Positions 11,921 through 26,566 of a stretch of DNA of 64,000 nt are shown here, one piece after another. Origin of the DNA: Octopus sinensis (taxonomy: Eukaryota); contig NC_043019.1 in the NCBI RefSeq assembly GCF_006345805.1, positions 16,739,360 to 16,803,359 of the forward strand, written 5' to 3'. The position numbers were made by a program, and so were the translations under genes. The notes beneath the pieces are model-generated. The model had not been told where the DNA came from. It was given only the letters and a program-made list of their open reading frames with translations, and did no database searches. Positions within the stretch are counted from its first letter, which is position 1; each line of letters begins with the position of its first letter.

Positions 11921-14900
11921 CTCATAAACACACACATATTGGCAAATGTCGCAGGTGTCACAAACAATACTTCGATAGCTTTCATTCAATACACAGGACA
12001 CAATAATAATAGCAAAAATACACAAATTAACAACACTGATACTGAAGTGGGATTCTCAACCCCATGGCTTCATGTTCAATCCCACTGCATGGCACCTTGA
12101 GTAAGTGCATCTTCTACTACAGCCCCTAGTTGACCAATACCTAGCGAGGGAATTTGGTAGATGGAAACTGAAAGAATCCTGTCACGTATGGGCTGCAGCT
12201 AGAGCCAGTGATATCACCATTGCTGCATAGCTACAAGCTGTAATGTCAACATAATGTCTCTTTCAAATTTCTCTGGAATAAAAAAACAACAACATTCTCT
12301 TACCTGGAAACAGGTAAGTATCGGCAAAAGAAAGAATACCTGGCCATAAAAATCCCACCTCAGATACATTTGAAGAATTTTATGTGGCTTAATAAATATT
12401 TCTGTCTACAACAGGCAAAAGGCCTGAAATTTTGGTGCTTGGCTGGTAGTTGACTCATTGACCCCAAGAGGATCAAAGGCAAAGTTGACCTTGGTGGAAT
12501 TTGAACTGAGAACATAAAGATGGACAAAATGTCACTTAGCACTTTGTCTGGTGGGTCAATGGTTCTGCCAGTGAATTAATAAATATCAAACCCTTAGAAA
12601 TGGGTTAATTTATACCCTTTTTCTGTTAAATAAAATCGTGTTCTTTACTTCCCTTCCTTTAATCCCCACCCTATAAGCATATTGAACACAAAGCACAGTA
12701 TGAGAGACATTTAAAAAACTTTAAGTGAATTAATAAATATCAAAAAGACCTTGCTTTCCAAGTTTGTTAATTTGAATCTGTTAAAAACAATTTAGTCCTT
12801 TACTTTCCATAGTTTATTTTATACTTTAAGTATATATTCAAGATTAGACTGGAAAATCCAGAAGTCTGGGACACTTCTGGCCCCAAGCTTGCCAGATAAT
12901 CAGTTTGGTACTGCATTAGGTCCATCTTAAATTATATAAACATTTATCAGCCCACCTCAATCTTTTGATCTTGTCCTTAGACTCCTTGAGGGAAAAATAC
13001 ACACAAATAATTTAATGATCTAAATAATTTAATGATCTATTGTAATCTACTGTTAATTCACATTTCTGGTCATGGCTGAAGCTCCAGTGAAACAGAAGCA
13101 GGCCATACTACGACCCTAGACAAACAGAGAAAAACAACTGACAGATGTAGTCTATTTGAGCCCACACAATCCCAGTCACTACACACCCAAACAACACTTA
13201 TGAATACCTAGATACATCAAGCAGTCATCTAGAATACTAGTAGAGACCATTCTAAGATCAGTGTTCCAGACACAGAACACACCTGAAACTACTAGAAACT
13301 TCTATATCAAATATCAATTAGAAAAGCCATAACATCGCACAGCTGAAATATTAATTATTTCAGTAAATCTAATTTCCCAGTTAAAGCTAATTGGTGTCTA
13401 ATTTTGGCACAAGGCCAGCAATTTTTGAGAGGAGGGAAAGTTGATTAAATCGACCCTGTAAATGGTTCCAAAGCAGTAGACAAGTCAAGTGGAAGGCTTT
13501 GCTACGAACCCTTCAGAACTATGGTGTTCTCACTATTGGAAGAGAAATGTGCTTAGCCCTACCAGGAGAAATGAGAAAAGAAGGCCTGCATGCAGGTTCA
13601 TACCTGAGCCTCTGTAATCAAATATATTCCCATGACTTGCTTCGAACTGAAGCTGTACACTGATGGTTGGAATCATCAAAGGATCCACAGTTGATGGAAA
13701 CAATTATCAGAGAATTTGATGGTCGACCATAATAGCCAAGCAATAGAATGAGTTCTTATAAAATGGAACCAACAAGTATATTAATATCCAAAAATTTAGT
13801 GCTAGTCTCAGAACTAAAATACAAACAAAAGAAAAAAACTCTTTTTGGCTCCCATAAAGAATTCTGGAAATTTTAATTTTTTCTTTTGCTTTTGGTAACA
13901 GATTCCTTAGAATTATAATAAGAATGCCATTTTATATTTTTCTAACATTTTTTCTGAATGTCTTATTCCTGCTATGAAAACAATGAGCAGTAGCAGAGAA
14001 ATCTGTCTGCAACTTGCCGAGAAGAATATAGACATTAATTTTTATATTGCTGTTGGCTTTTAATTTTTCTTTTTTATTGAGCCATTATTTATTAATTTTT
14101 TCTTAAGAAATATTCAGAAGATACACATTACAGTAACTATACAAACAAAACAGCGTGTGTGTGTGTGTGTGCATTATGGAGACTTAAAAATTATTCTAAA
14201 ATTATACATTCCTGTTAAGTTGATCCCAAAGATATTATTTCAACAAGTTGAATGTCATGTAAGAACATTTGGAGTTGGAGAAAGAAAAACAGGTTTTTTT
14301 GGGGTTTCTTTTTTTTGTTTTGTTCTCAAGAAAAACAGGTTCTTTTTTCTTACAGAAACAAAATAAAATCATGACTTTTTACTGCAATAAACTATTTTCA
14401 CAAATATTATGAACGGAATAAAATATTATTCAATTGAAAAGAATGTTAATAATGCTACATAGTCACATAATTGTTGAATGTGAGTGAAAGAATGTCGATT
14501 GAGTTAAATCTAGCAGAATTATGCTGTTGAGTAAGAGGGGAAATGGTTTCTGCTTTCAAGTGAATAAACTTAATTCTACAAGAGGAGAATATTTTGACTG
14601 AGATTTCAAAAAATTACCGATTTGTAAAAATGGATCGACCCTTTAACATTCACATTATTCTGTTCAATGTAACATTTATTTATTCACATTGTGTATAATT
14701 AATTATTTATCATCTTGTAGCTTTGAGATGTTGATGATGTGATTGTATATTTTCACACTGACATTGTAGGGTAGGTGGAAGAGGTAGATCTGGCCAGTTT
14801 GAGCATAAAATATTTGGGCCAGATTAAATGCTAAATGGAAAAATATATTTCGTTGATGAATAAATCAGAGATTATAGCCTCGTTTATAGTTTCAGTGTAT

Positions 14901-17657
14901 ATTCTGGAAAGGAGAATTCACAGGCATTTCACTTTCATAGGCAGAGCAATAATTGCTGCTTGAGTAATTATTCTGTGTTCAACTTGATATCGCTGTTGAA
15001 AAGTGATGTTATTTATGGCTGAGAAGATCGAGTCAGAGTAGATATGATAATAAAACTGTTTGAAAGAATGTTATAAAGTGTGGGGGAAGAAGTATATAGA
15101 GGGGACTCAAAGGGAGAGAGAAAGAAATATGGTTGTTGTTTATTAGGAGCAAGATTAACAAAGATTCATGTGAGGAGTAGTCATTTGTATTAAAAACAAT
15201 GTTGCCTGTCATCAATGTTTTGACATTCACTTTTCCATGCTGGCATGGGTCAGACTGGATTTGTTGATGGATTTTCTACAGCTGGATGCCTTTGCTGTAG
15301 CTAACCCTCACACATTTCTAAGTAAGGCAAATATTTCCCCAAGGACAGACATGTTTTCAGGGCAGATTGGAAATGAAAGACACCACTTGTATGAGGGTGA
15401 CACTCGTTTACAACTATCACACAACACAAAGGCAAGGAGAGAGTAAAACAAACACACACACACACATACATGCAGGCCCACAATGTGATGGGCTTCTTTT
15501 CAGTTTCTATCAACCAAATGCACTGACAAGGCCTTGGTCAGCCCAGGGCTACAGTAGAAGACACTTGCACAAGGTCAGAACTGGAAACCATATATCGAGT
15601 CAAGTGTGTCACCATATCTAAAATGCGTTGGCATGACCGAAAGTATACCCATTACATCTGTTGTCATTGCCAGGTGAGGTGTAACGATGTGTTAAAAACC
15701 ACAATAATAATAATAATGTTACCTTGTAGCATTCCGATCGTATCAAATACAATCCTTATTTCTCTGCATTCTTTTGAATTAATCATGCATAATCTCAAAG
15801 CTACAAGATTTCTATGATGGGATTGTTTATTATTAGAATGACATTGTAGGGTATGTGTGAGAGGCTGGATCTGGTTAGTCTGGAAAAAAAAAACAGGTAG
15901 AATATTTGGGCCTGATGTGGTCAGTTTAAATGCTAAAGGGTCAAATGTTGGGCACTGCTGGTAGACATGCGTCCTGTGAAATTACTGCCATTAACCTTTA
16001 GTATGGAAGGCCAGAATGTAATAATTCCATAATCAAAAACAGTATTCTTTTGTTCTTTTACTTGTTTCAGTTATTTGACTGTGGCCATGCTGGAGCACTG
16101 CCTTTAGTCGAGCAAATCGACCCCAGGACTTATTCTTTGTATGGCTAGTACTTATTCTATCAGTCTCTTTTGCCGAACCGCTAAGTTACGGGGACGTAAA
16201 CACACCAGCATTGGTCGTCAAGTGATGTTTGAGGGACAAGCACACAAACATATGTATACATATATACGATGAGCTTTTTTCAGTTTCCGTCGGCTCAAGG
16301 CTTATAGTAGAAGACACTTGCCCAAGGTGCCATACAGTGGGACTGAACCCAGAACCACATAGCCACTTTCATAATTTAATAAGATTAAATTAATCAACAG
16401 CCAATAAGTAAAATACATAAATACTGTTATTATTGAAGTATAAATTTAAAGAAACAAACACTTCCGTTTCTGGAATATTCTAATTATTATAATGAAATCT
16501 CTTCCTTTTTATACATCATTCTAGAAATAAAAAGAATCAGCATGTATTCGGATTTCTCCCCCCACCCTTCGCAAATTCCATAGACCAGAATTAGCGATAC
16601 ACATTATAAACAAGAGTGTCTGATATAGAGAAAGATAAATACGGCCTACATGCTTGCACTGGGATTGAACCCAGGACTGCCTTCCTCATAACATCAACAT
16701 TAGACAGGTACTTAATTTATCGATATCTCTTTGTCAAACAGCTAAGTTTAACAACACAGATACACCCAAAATCCTGTGTATGTACAGTGGGCTTCTGCAT
16801 AGTTTCCACCTGCTAAATTCTATCTGGAAGGTGTTAGTCCATACAAGACTACAATAAAATCACTTGGTTAACCCTTTTGATACCAATCCGGCTGAAACCG
16901 CCTCTCGCTCAGTAATATAAATGTCTTGTTTTCATAAGTTTTGAATTAAAATCTCCCACCAAACCTTAGACACAATTTCTGTTCTTAACATTAGCTTAAT
17001 GATAACAAAGTTATTTTACCAAATTCTTTGTTATATTTAAAATTAATTGAAAGAAACAGAGAGCAGCTCAATAGAAATATGGTAACAAAAGGATGTCACG
17101 GACTGAGATTGAACCGAGAATCATGTGGTTGTGAGGGGAGCTGTTTGACTACAACAGCCTTGCCTGTGCCAAATACCCAGAGATGGGAAAAGACTAAACT
17201 ATCTGAAATCTTGTCTTTTACAAAAATGGGATAAATAAATACTTTGGCGCCTCAACACCTGGCATAAAGCCATCTCCTCCCTCTCACACACACTTCGCCA
17301 CTTAGTCGATGGTGGGGGGGGGGATCTTTGTCTTTTGACTTTTCCATGTCTTGTTAATTACTTGGCAACCTCATTAGTGCTAGTGGCATGAAAAGAAAGC
17401 ACCCAGTAGACACTTTGTAAAGTGGTGGGCATTAGAAAAGGCATCCAGCTGTAAGAGCCATGTTAAAGAAGACATTGGAGTTGGTCAGATGCTGTTGATG
17501 CATCCAAGTCATGCCAGCATGGATGTTAAACGATGATGATGATGAACTATATAAAATCAACCGAAGACCCAGAAGTTAATGTTGTCTCTCTCTGATACAA
17601 AAAACTGGTGGGAAATCCATCCAATTCAGCTGCCGGAAGCCTCTTCACAGTATTATG

Positions 17658-19154
17658 TGGAGTAGAGCACTTCAACAAGAGACGTCCCATGTGTCTCAAT
17701 CTTTGGCAACAGATTGCAGTTGTTGTCCTAAGTGTAGCAACCTGCACATGCAGTCCCTGAAAATTACCTCCCCTTACCAGGACCAATTTTTTTTTTTGTT
17801 TTTTTGTTGGTATTTCGGTAGCCATGTAGTCATTGGTGAGCAGATGTCACTGGTCTTTCAAGTTCAAATAATGGCTCTGAGTGAAAAGAATGTAAATAGG
17901 ACAACACCTACACAGGTGTGAACTGTTTTGTTCATGGTTGACTGCATGCAATGTGTATAGAAATGTTAAACATCAGAGCCAACATACAAAGATTTCACTG
18001 TTGTTAGGTGACAAAATAGTTTTGTGAATATCTGCCAAGGTATGAGGTTATATCTTGTATCATTTATTGGAGGACAGCTTTAGAATATATTTTTCAAGTC
18101 ATTGTACTCTGGTGACATTTAAATCTGAAAAGCATTTTTTACATTTAACTGGGGGGTGAGGTATATATCTACTTTCCCTTTAAGATGGGGATTGGCCATT
18201 GTCCTTTGCATGCCTTTCCAGGCTCAGGTCAGATTCCTGAGGTTGATGTTCAGCTTCAATATCTGTAGAGTAAATATCTGTAACAAATACAAGAGTGTAG
18301 AAGGAATTCCTCATTCAAAGTGGCCAGGATGGCCTTTCACACCTACCCTACAATGTAATTCTAAAAATAAACACTCACATCAATTCAAAACAATGTAAAC
18401 AAGAGCACTCAGAGAACACAAACCTCCGCCAAGGCAACGCCAATGTCCTCTCAATGATTAGCTGGGGATGATTTTTAAAATGAGAATATCTGAAATAAAC
18501 TCGACTGCTCTCACAAACAAGAATACTAAAAATTAAGTAAAAAAAACAGGAAAAATAATCCAGAATCCTTGTTCGGTACCAGATCAATTCCAAAATCTAA
18601 TCACTTTGCGCCAGTCACGAGGTCAAACAATACCTCCGCCTTCACTAAAGCATAGGTAATAAAAAAACATCTGACTACTGAAGGGTTAACAGAATTAATC
18701 AAAAATAAGAGACATCCTCCTCTTACAATTATACATATAATTATACAATTATATTTCTATATTTATCATGTCATTATATTTCTCTTTTGATAACAAATCT
18801 CACTTATATTCATATTTTAGCAGGAAAAAAAAAAGAACCAACAACTTTTTTGTTTACCATTCAGGGATTGATAAATCAATAGCAAGAATATAATCAAACT
18901 GTCACAGCTGGTCCCAAGTTTGGCTGAGAAAGAAAGGGTGTGGTAGGTGTGTAAGGCTAACAGGCCAGCACTATCAACTTCCTACCTGGATACCGAAATA
19001 CCAACAAAAAAAAAAAAAAAAAAAAAGGTCCTGGTAAGGGGAGGTAATTTTCAGGGACAGCACGTGCAGGTTGCTACACTTGGGGACAACAACTGCAATC
19101 TGTTGCCAAAGATTGAGACACATGGGACGTCTCTTGTTGAAGTGCTGTACTCCA
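17658..19154. repeat. Inverted repeat pair 17658-17829 / 18982-19154 (about 170 bp, few mismatches) around a 1.15-kb spacer
   Basis: Directly alignable; the six-frame track shows the same junk peptide on opposite strands. Confidence 0.9.
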
Positions 19155-19799
19155 AATAGAGTTAAAGGATTAAGAAAAAGTAATGTGATCAAAGACCCAG
19201 TGTTCAATAATGCAACAAGTCTAGCAACAATAACAACAACAACAACTATTAATGAAATTCCAGAATTATACTATATATAAGTAAATTAATTTCTTATTTT
19301 ATTTCGGGTAAGAAGAGTAGCAATTCCTGATCGAGTTTTTGAGCCCACTTTTCTTTCTATGATGCTAAACTTTAAACTTAAAAAGCATCAGGGCCCATCA
19401 GGGTTTTTTTTTAATACTCTATCCTTAATAATTATTTGTCAATCCCTATTGTTGGTGTACATTCCTGGTCTCAAATCTCCATCTCATTGCCCCTGCAATA
19501 TTTCCAACTTCATTTATAAGGAACCTGAAAGTTTGGCCAATATTAAACTTGCTTCTCTGACTGGGCTTCATTACTCCCAACAGTTGAGGGCCCTGGGTTT
19601 ACATAAATGCTCTTCTCTATCTCCCTTATATTTCTTTTCTTGTTTTCCTTGCTTCACTTTGGTAGGGCAACATCCTTTCCTTCCCAACATGGATTAGTTT
19701 CAACAGAGAGGTGAATGAAGTTCTCCAACTGCAAAGGCAGTTTGGTTCATTAGTCCCCAAAATGGAGTAAATAGACGAAGAATTTGGGACAATTTACAG

Positions 19800-20620
19800 T
19801 CAATATATATTTTTTACTTTCCTTTTTTATTCATCAATCTGATGAATATCCAATGTGTTACTTAGCCCAGATAAACTCCACACTGCCACTGATTTTAAAG
19901 TCAGAACCAATATATTTGAATGAAAATAGGGTATTAACGGGGCACAGAGCTACCTCTTCTAATTGACAACCTCAGTACATTTGCCAGGAACAACAACTCA
20001 CCAATTATCAAAACCTTCAACAACAATATCAAAATGGAATTCAGAATCAACAGGTGTGCCACCTTCAAGAGAAAAAGAAAAACTAATCAAGACTGCAACC
20101 TTAGACCTTAACAGAGACGCCATGATTAAGATTGTACCTACAAGAGTGGATGAAGAAGATGGTATACAATACTGAGTCAAAGAAAAGAAAAGAGGACTAC
20201 AAGAGAGGGAGAGAGAGAGAGAGTATATGGTACTAAAGAGTAAAGAGAATACAATGAATACATTTAAAGCTAATTAACACTTCGTTAATATCTATAATTA
20301 TTGATAGCTCCAACATCATCAACTGGAAATGAACAACATTAAAAGATCAGAGATCAAGAAAGATAGAGAAGTTGCACCAATTGCAAAGAGATGCTGACAG
20401 GTTCTATCTACCAAGAACTTTAGGAGGACAAGTCCTAGATCAACTCAAAGTAACCTTCAACACTACCAACACTAGACGGGATGCACAGCCTATCAGCTAA
20501 TCTGACAAGAAGATTTTAAAAATCTACTATCTTAGTACAATGATTTGGATGATCTTCTATGAGTAGTTTAAGTCCACATCAATGTACTGGAGAGAAATAA
20601 AATCAATAATTGTCAATCGG
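19800..20620 (+). pseudogene. Decayed non-LTR RT C-terminal region, R4/Dong-like
   Basis: Frameshifted peptides IKMEFRINRCAT, NIINW, DADRFYLPRTLGG resemble the R4/Dong RT tail (I.MEFG..KCA; INW; DRLY..R..GGRGL). Confidence 0.55.
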
Positions 20621-22715
20621 TTAGAGATGTCTGAACAAATACACCAAGCTTCCACCCCTCCCTCTCTTATTGGTCACTCCTATACAATCCCAGCATGTGT
20701 CAAAGATGCTATTCCAGTCACCCACAAAAACTAATGAGTGAAATGTTTGCAGGCATGTTTCAAGAAATCTGACTATTTTGACTATTTTATGAACATTTTC
20801 TGATCGTCTTAAGTGTCTTCCTCATGGATCAGAAGGAATTGAAGCAAAGTCCATTCCTTTTGTGGCCATTTCTTCTTGCTTTTGTTGTTGGGGGGAAAAC
20901 TTCCTTACAGGTTCCTTTGTCTATGTCTGTAGTAGAAGTTGGTTGTTTGATGCTGTAATTACTGCTGCTGTTGTGATTACAACAATCAGGATGTTGGTAG
21001 CAACAATAAGGGTGACGCTCAGGTTTCATCTTCTCCACTGCAGAGTAGAAAACTCTGAAATGGTCTGTTTTGCTGTAAATGTAGCATTTGGGTTTCCTGC
21101 TATCAACAATACACTCTTTGAAGCAGAAATAATTGGGGATGTAGGAGGGATCCTCACATGAAACTAACACCACAATCCAAGTGGCCTTCCTGTTTGGCTG
21201 TGCTGTAGGATGATCTCAAATCCTGTTTATATCTTAACCATTATCATTATTCTGACCCTATCCCAATGGGTCAGCACAGTGGTGATACTGAATCTTAATC
21301 ACCCATCACCCTTTATAAGGTATAATCCCTGCAAATTCATGGAACATTCTTGTGGTTGTGACTATTAATTGAGATTCCTGTTTGCTGCTCCACATGGCCA
21401 TCACCACCTCATGCCGTTCCCCCCTTTTCTTAGGTATCCAACTGTGCATCAAACCTCTTTTAGACATTTGTGCAAGAGTTGGATACTGCAGCTTCAAATC
21501 TCTCTGAATTATGCACATGTACAGGATGGTCCTTTATTTTGAAAGCTGTTTGCCCTTTCAGTTAAGAGTGTGTTGTGGAAGGACTCCGACCACCCCAATG
21601 GGACTAAAAGGGGGCTGAGAAACTTCTATTAAATAGACGACAGTTGAGTCATCAGAGGTTTGGGTTGGTGAGATGTGATTGAGAGCGTTGAGCCTCATCT
21701 ATAGTAATCACATTGTGCTGTGTAAATGCTTACTTTTCCCCTCTGCTTCGTTAAATGAAATATCCAAGAATACAAGGATATAAAAGAGTGTCACCACCTC
21801 CAAGGCACATGACATTGCACTTCACTTGTCTTTTCCAAGAGTCACTTGTCCAGTGGCAGACAAGGAAAAAAAAAGAAAAAAAACTTTTAATGCCATTGAT
21901 CTTGTTATTGTAGTTAATGTTATTAAAGTGTAAATTTTCTTGCTTACATTTCCTTCTTGCAGTAGTAGTAGCAGCAGCAGCAGCTTTAGTAGTAGTGATT
22001 GCAACTGATTTGTCTGTGAAGCTAAGCTCCTCGTCACCATGCCAACAACACTGCAGTGTGTTGCTAAGATGCTGTTATCATCACTTTCAAAAGCTTGAGA
22101 ACAAAAACGGTTTTTCAAAAGAGATTTCCTGTTGTCCTTTAGCTCCACCACTGACCACTCTCTTGCCTCCCGCCACCATATTGATGGTATTATTGAGATT
22201 CAGGTTTTTACAACAGCAACAATAACAATCGTTTCTATGACAGAAAGGATCAGATTGGACAGGAGACGGATAGAAGGAGAGTGGTTCATGGTTATAGATA
22301 CAAGGCTTGAATTGAATCTATTGAATTAGGGGACTACATTGACCCCACTGCTCAAATGATGCTTATTTAATTGACCCTGAAAGAATGAAAGGCAAAGTTG
22401 ACCTCAACAGGATTTAAACTCCGAACATCATCATCATCATTTAACATCCATTGTCCATGCTGGTATGGGTTGGATGGTTTGACCAGAGCAGCACCAGACT
22501 CCACTCTGATTTGGCATAGTTTCTATGGCTGGATGCCCTTCCTAATGCCAACCACTTTACAGAGTGTACTGGGTGCTTTCACGTGGCACCACACATAATA
22601 ATACTAATCCTTTCTAGAATAGACACAAGGCCTACAATTTGGGGGAGGAAGAGGATAGTCGATGATATCAACCCCAGTGCCAGCAGCAGTAGAAATAATA
22701 ATACTATTTGACAGA

Positions 22716-23222
22716 GCAAAAAATTGGTACCACCAAAAACCCGAAGGCATTATCGAAAATGATGATGCAAAGTTCCTGTGGGATTTTATGGTTCAGTGCA
22801 ACCATGAGATAGAGAATAGGAAGCCAGACAGTTTGTTTTCTTTCTCAAGACTGTGCTGGATCATAGATATAGCATGCCCAGCTGACGAGGTATGCGATAA
22901 GGAAGAAAGAAAAATCGATAAGTATGACAGGTTAGCTTGGGAGGTAAAGCAGTTGAGTCGATGAAAAAGATGGTAGTAGTACCAATAATTGTCAGAGCCC
23001 TGGGAACAGTGAGTAAAAATCTTGAGAAGTACGTGGAACAAATAGGGGCTGCAATAAGGGTGGAGCACTTGCGGAAAATAGCACTGCTTGGAACCGCTTG
23101 AATACTCCGGAAGGTGCTCGAAAAATAAGGTGTTACCATAGTTCACTGGTAGTGAACAGCTGACACCATAGTACATCTCCAGCGTTAGAAGCTGTGCAAA
23201 CGCAATAATAATAATAATAATG
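22716..23222 (+). mobile_element. 3' end of an R4/Dong-clade non-LTR element (restriction-like endonuclease) with (AAT)n tail
   Basis: PEGIIENDDAKFLWDF...RKPD...IIDIACP...KIDKY..LA.E...VVVPIIV.ALG...KIALLGTA.ILRKVL, with frameshifts and stops, then a short 3'UTR and (aat)n. Confidence 0.85.
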
Positions 23223-25272
23223 CAAAAAAAAGGGCACTGGAGGGGTGATGCATACTCTGTACACAGATAAATTTTTTCACAAATTATAGTGTGGTTTACC
23301 ATGCCTTGCCATTCTTTTTAATTGTACTGAATTAAGCTTTGTAAGTGTTTGACTAAAAGCGGATTAGAAGCCTAAGAACAGGGAAATTAAAAAACCAACT
23401 TGGAAATAAATGAAACCCTCAAATCCGTCACTGTCTACAGATATACACACAGTCGCATATCTATGTATGTATTTATGTATGTTTGAAGATAATTAAACCA
23501 AATTTTCATCATTTCGAGCCACTCACCCAAAGAGTATTTCTACCAAATTTGGTGAAAATCCGTTCAGCCATTTTCCAGTAATTTTGCAGACAAACAGACA
23601 AAGATGAGTGATAACAATACCCTGCTTTTGCTTACACGTGCAGGATAAGAAAAATAATAATTTCAAATTTTGGCACAAGGCCAGTAAATTTGGGGTAGTG
23701 GGCTAGTGATTACATCAACCTCAGTGTGCAACTGGTACTTATTTTATCGACCCTGAAAGGATGAGAGGCAAAGTCAACTCTAGCAGAATTTGAACTCAGA
23801 ACATATATACATCATCATCATCATTGTTTAATGTCTGCTTTCCATACTAGCATGGGTTGGATGGTTTGACTGAGGGCTGGCGAACCTAACCGTTTCATCA
23901 TCAACTTCTCCAATGCCTCCTCCCCTCTTAAAAGTTTTTGTCTTGCAAGTACTTGGTGACCCTGTCAGTTCAGGTGCCACTTAAAAGCACCCAGTCCACA
24001 GCTGGATGCCTAGTGTTCAGAAGGGCATCCAGCTGTAAAAACATTGCCAAAACTGACCTCGCCTGTGCTTGTGCCACATAAAAAGCACTAATTACTGGTA
24101 ATATTTTCTTTTCTTCTTTTACTTGTTTCAGTCACTTGACAGTGGCCATGCTGGGGCACCACCTTGAAGAGATTTAACCAAACAAATAGACCCCAGGACT
24201 TGTTTTTTTTTAAAGCCTAGTACTTATTCTATTGTTCACTTTTGCCAAACTGCTAAGTTACAGGGACATAAACACACCAACATTGGTTGTCAAGCAGTGG
24301 AGGCACAAAGACACTCACACACATACATTTGATAGGTTTCTTTCAGTTTCCGTTGACCATATCTACTCACAAATCTTAGGAGGGGCCAAGGCTATAATAG
24401 AAGACACTTGCTCAAGGTGCCGCAGTGGGACTGAACCCAGAACCATGTGATTGGGAAGCAAGCTTCTTATCACACATAAGTAAGATAAGATAATAAATAC
24501 TAAAATATAAACATAAGGATTGTTGTGGTTATCGACATGTCAAAGCATTAAGCTAGCTGCAGTAAACAATGAAAAGCATTAAAAGATTTGTGAGTAAATT
24601 AAATATTTAAAAGCTGCAAACAAACCAACAGGAGTTGCTAGAAATAACAGTCAAAACATTGCTTAAAACAGACGTATTAGTGAAAAAATTTCAAGGATTT
24701 TATAAAATAAATTATCTTTCTCATATCTTCTTCACATAAATCCACAAAGATAAGAGTCAACCATGGAATAGTGTCTGACACCGGACTTTGTTTCCACGCT
24801 TTAAAGATGCCTAGATACTCTCAGTGTGTTGAGTGTGAATCTCATCTTTTGATAAATTCAATGCTATGGTTCACCGTTTTATGCTTGAAATCATTGCCCA
24901 CGATTTCTGGGATTTGATTGTAAGCTTGCCACAGGTCACTGAAAACGGTGGTTCCTGGAAGAACTGAGCATCGTATGCAATCCTTGCTTACACTCCTTTT
25001 GCACATGTACAGCACCTTTGGTTACTATGGAAACAGAATTCTTCGTAATCAGCTTTGGAACACGTGGTGCTTCTTTGCTTACTATGCTAACAGAGTTTTA
25101 CGGGTGACATGTAAAATACTCGCTTCTGATTGACTAAAATACCCAAATTCTGCAAACTTTAAAGGCTAATAACTTTTTAATTATATTCTGTTGTGTCTGG
25201 AGAGAGTCATTCTCTTTTCGTGCCTTATAACTGAACACACTCACTGGTAAAATTTCCACTTCTTTCTTTTTA

Positions 25273-25423
25273 GATGTCTTGCAAACAACTTGCACATGCA
25301 AGTGCTACCAGTTAAAAGCTCCGTATACCGGAAGCTAGCAAGTGAATGGGGTCATCAGGCGAGAATGCGCGCCGTTTTGGGGCCTACCTCTCGACGGCAT
25401 CAATGCGCACCGGCCCCCCTCAC
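25273..25423 (-). mobile_element. Isolated copy of the HERO-like 3'UTR
   Basis: Reverse complement aligns to 58907-59057. Confidence 0.85.
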
Positions 25424-26013
25424 CGCAACCTTTTCAATAGTTTTGACTCTCAATTTTTAATTATAAATTTATAGGAAAAATGAATTTCATTTTCATAAGT
25501 AGTATACCAAATTTAATCCCATATCCCAAATTCGAAAACAATTGGAATAAAATTGTAGACAGTGACGATAAACACAAAGACCCAAACATAATGAAAGTTT
25601 TCTTCATTCCTTCAACAAACTTGTTAATATAGTGGTGAGCAATGATGGTAACGGAGAGAGAGGGAGAGAGAGAGGGAGCTGAGGTGTCCCACTGAACCAG
25701 ATTAGTCATAAAGATGAAATAAGCTTTAAAGACGTAGAATGGAATGGGATGGGCCAAGAGGAATATAGGTAAATAGTGCAAATTTAAACTGTTATCACCG
25801 ACCACTGAGTTTCTCATTCCCCACTACAGGAGAAAATATTTACTCTTATTCCTCTCCCTCTCCCTCTCTCTTTGCTTCTGTCTATCTATAATATTATCTA
25901 TCTACATATAAAATCTTTTTCCCACAAGAGATTAAATCTTTACAACAACCTTAGTAGGAGAGTGAAACTGAGTGGGCGACAACAGTTTAAATTTGGAAAT
26001 TTATCTACCTACA

Positions 26014-26048
<35 letters not shown>

Positions 26049-26532
26049 TTGTAGAAACCATGCCAAAAACAGACAGCAGAGCTTGGCAAAGTGCTCTGGC
26101 TTGCCAGCTCCTGTCAAACCATCCAACTCATACCAGGCAAATGGACTTTAAATGATGATGATGATGACATATAGGAATGGGTGTGTGGTCAAGCTTGCTT
26201 CCCATCCATGTGGTTTAGGGTTCAGTTCCACTGCATGGTACCTTGAGCAACCAAAGCCTATAAGTGGATTTGGTAGGTGGATACTTAAAGAAGCCTCTGT
26301 GTGTGTGATGTGATGGTAATGGTTTCAAATTTTGCCACACGGCCAGAAATTTGGGGGGAGGGGAAGTGGCGATCACACGGACCCCAGTACGCAACTGGTA
26401 ATTATTTTATTGACCTTGGAAGGAGGAAAAGGCAAAGTTGACCTCAGCAGAATTTGAACTCAGAATGTAGTGACAGGTGAAATACCACTAAGCATTTAAC
26501 TGGTGTGCTGACGAGTCTGCCAGCTTGCCACC

Positions 26533-26566
<34 letters not shown>

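Noticed and set aside
16445-16620. ETS motif (ACTTCCG) with several CpGs as a promoter
   Set aside because: A single short motif with no adjacent exon support.
20800-21780. Possible Gypsy integrase C-terminus and LTR-like segment
   Set aside because: Similarity too weak after multiple frameshifts; no paired LTR found.
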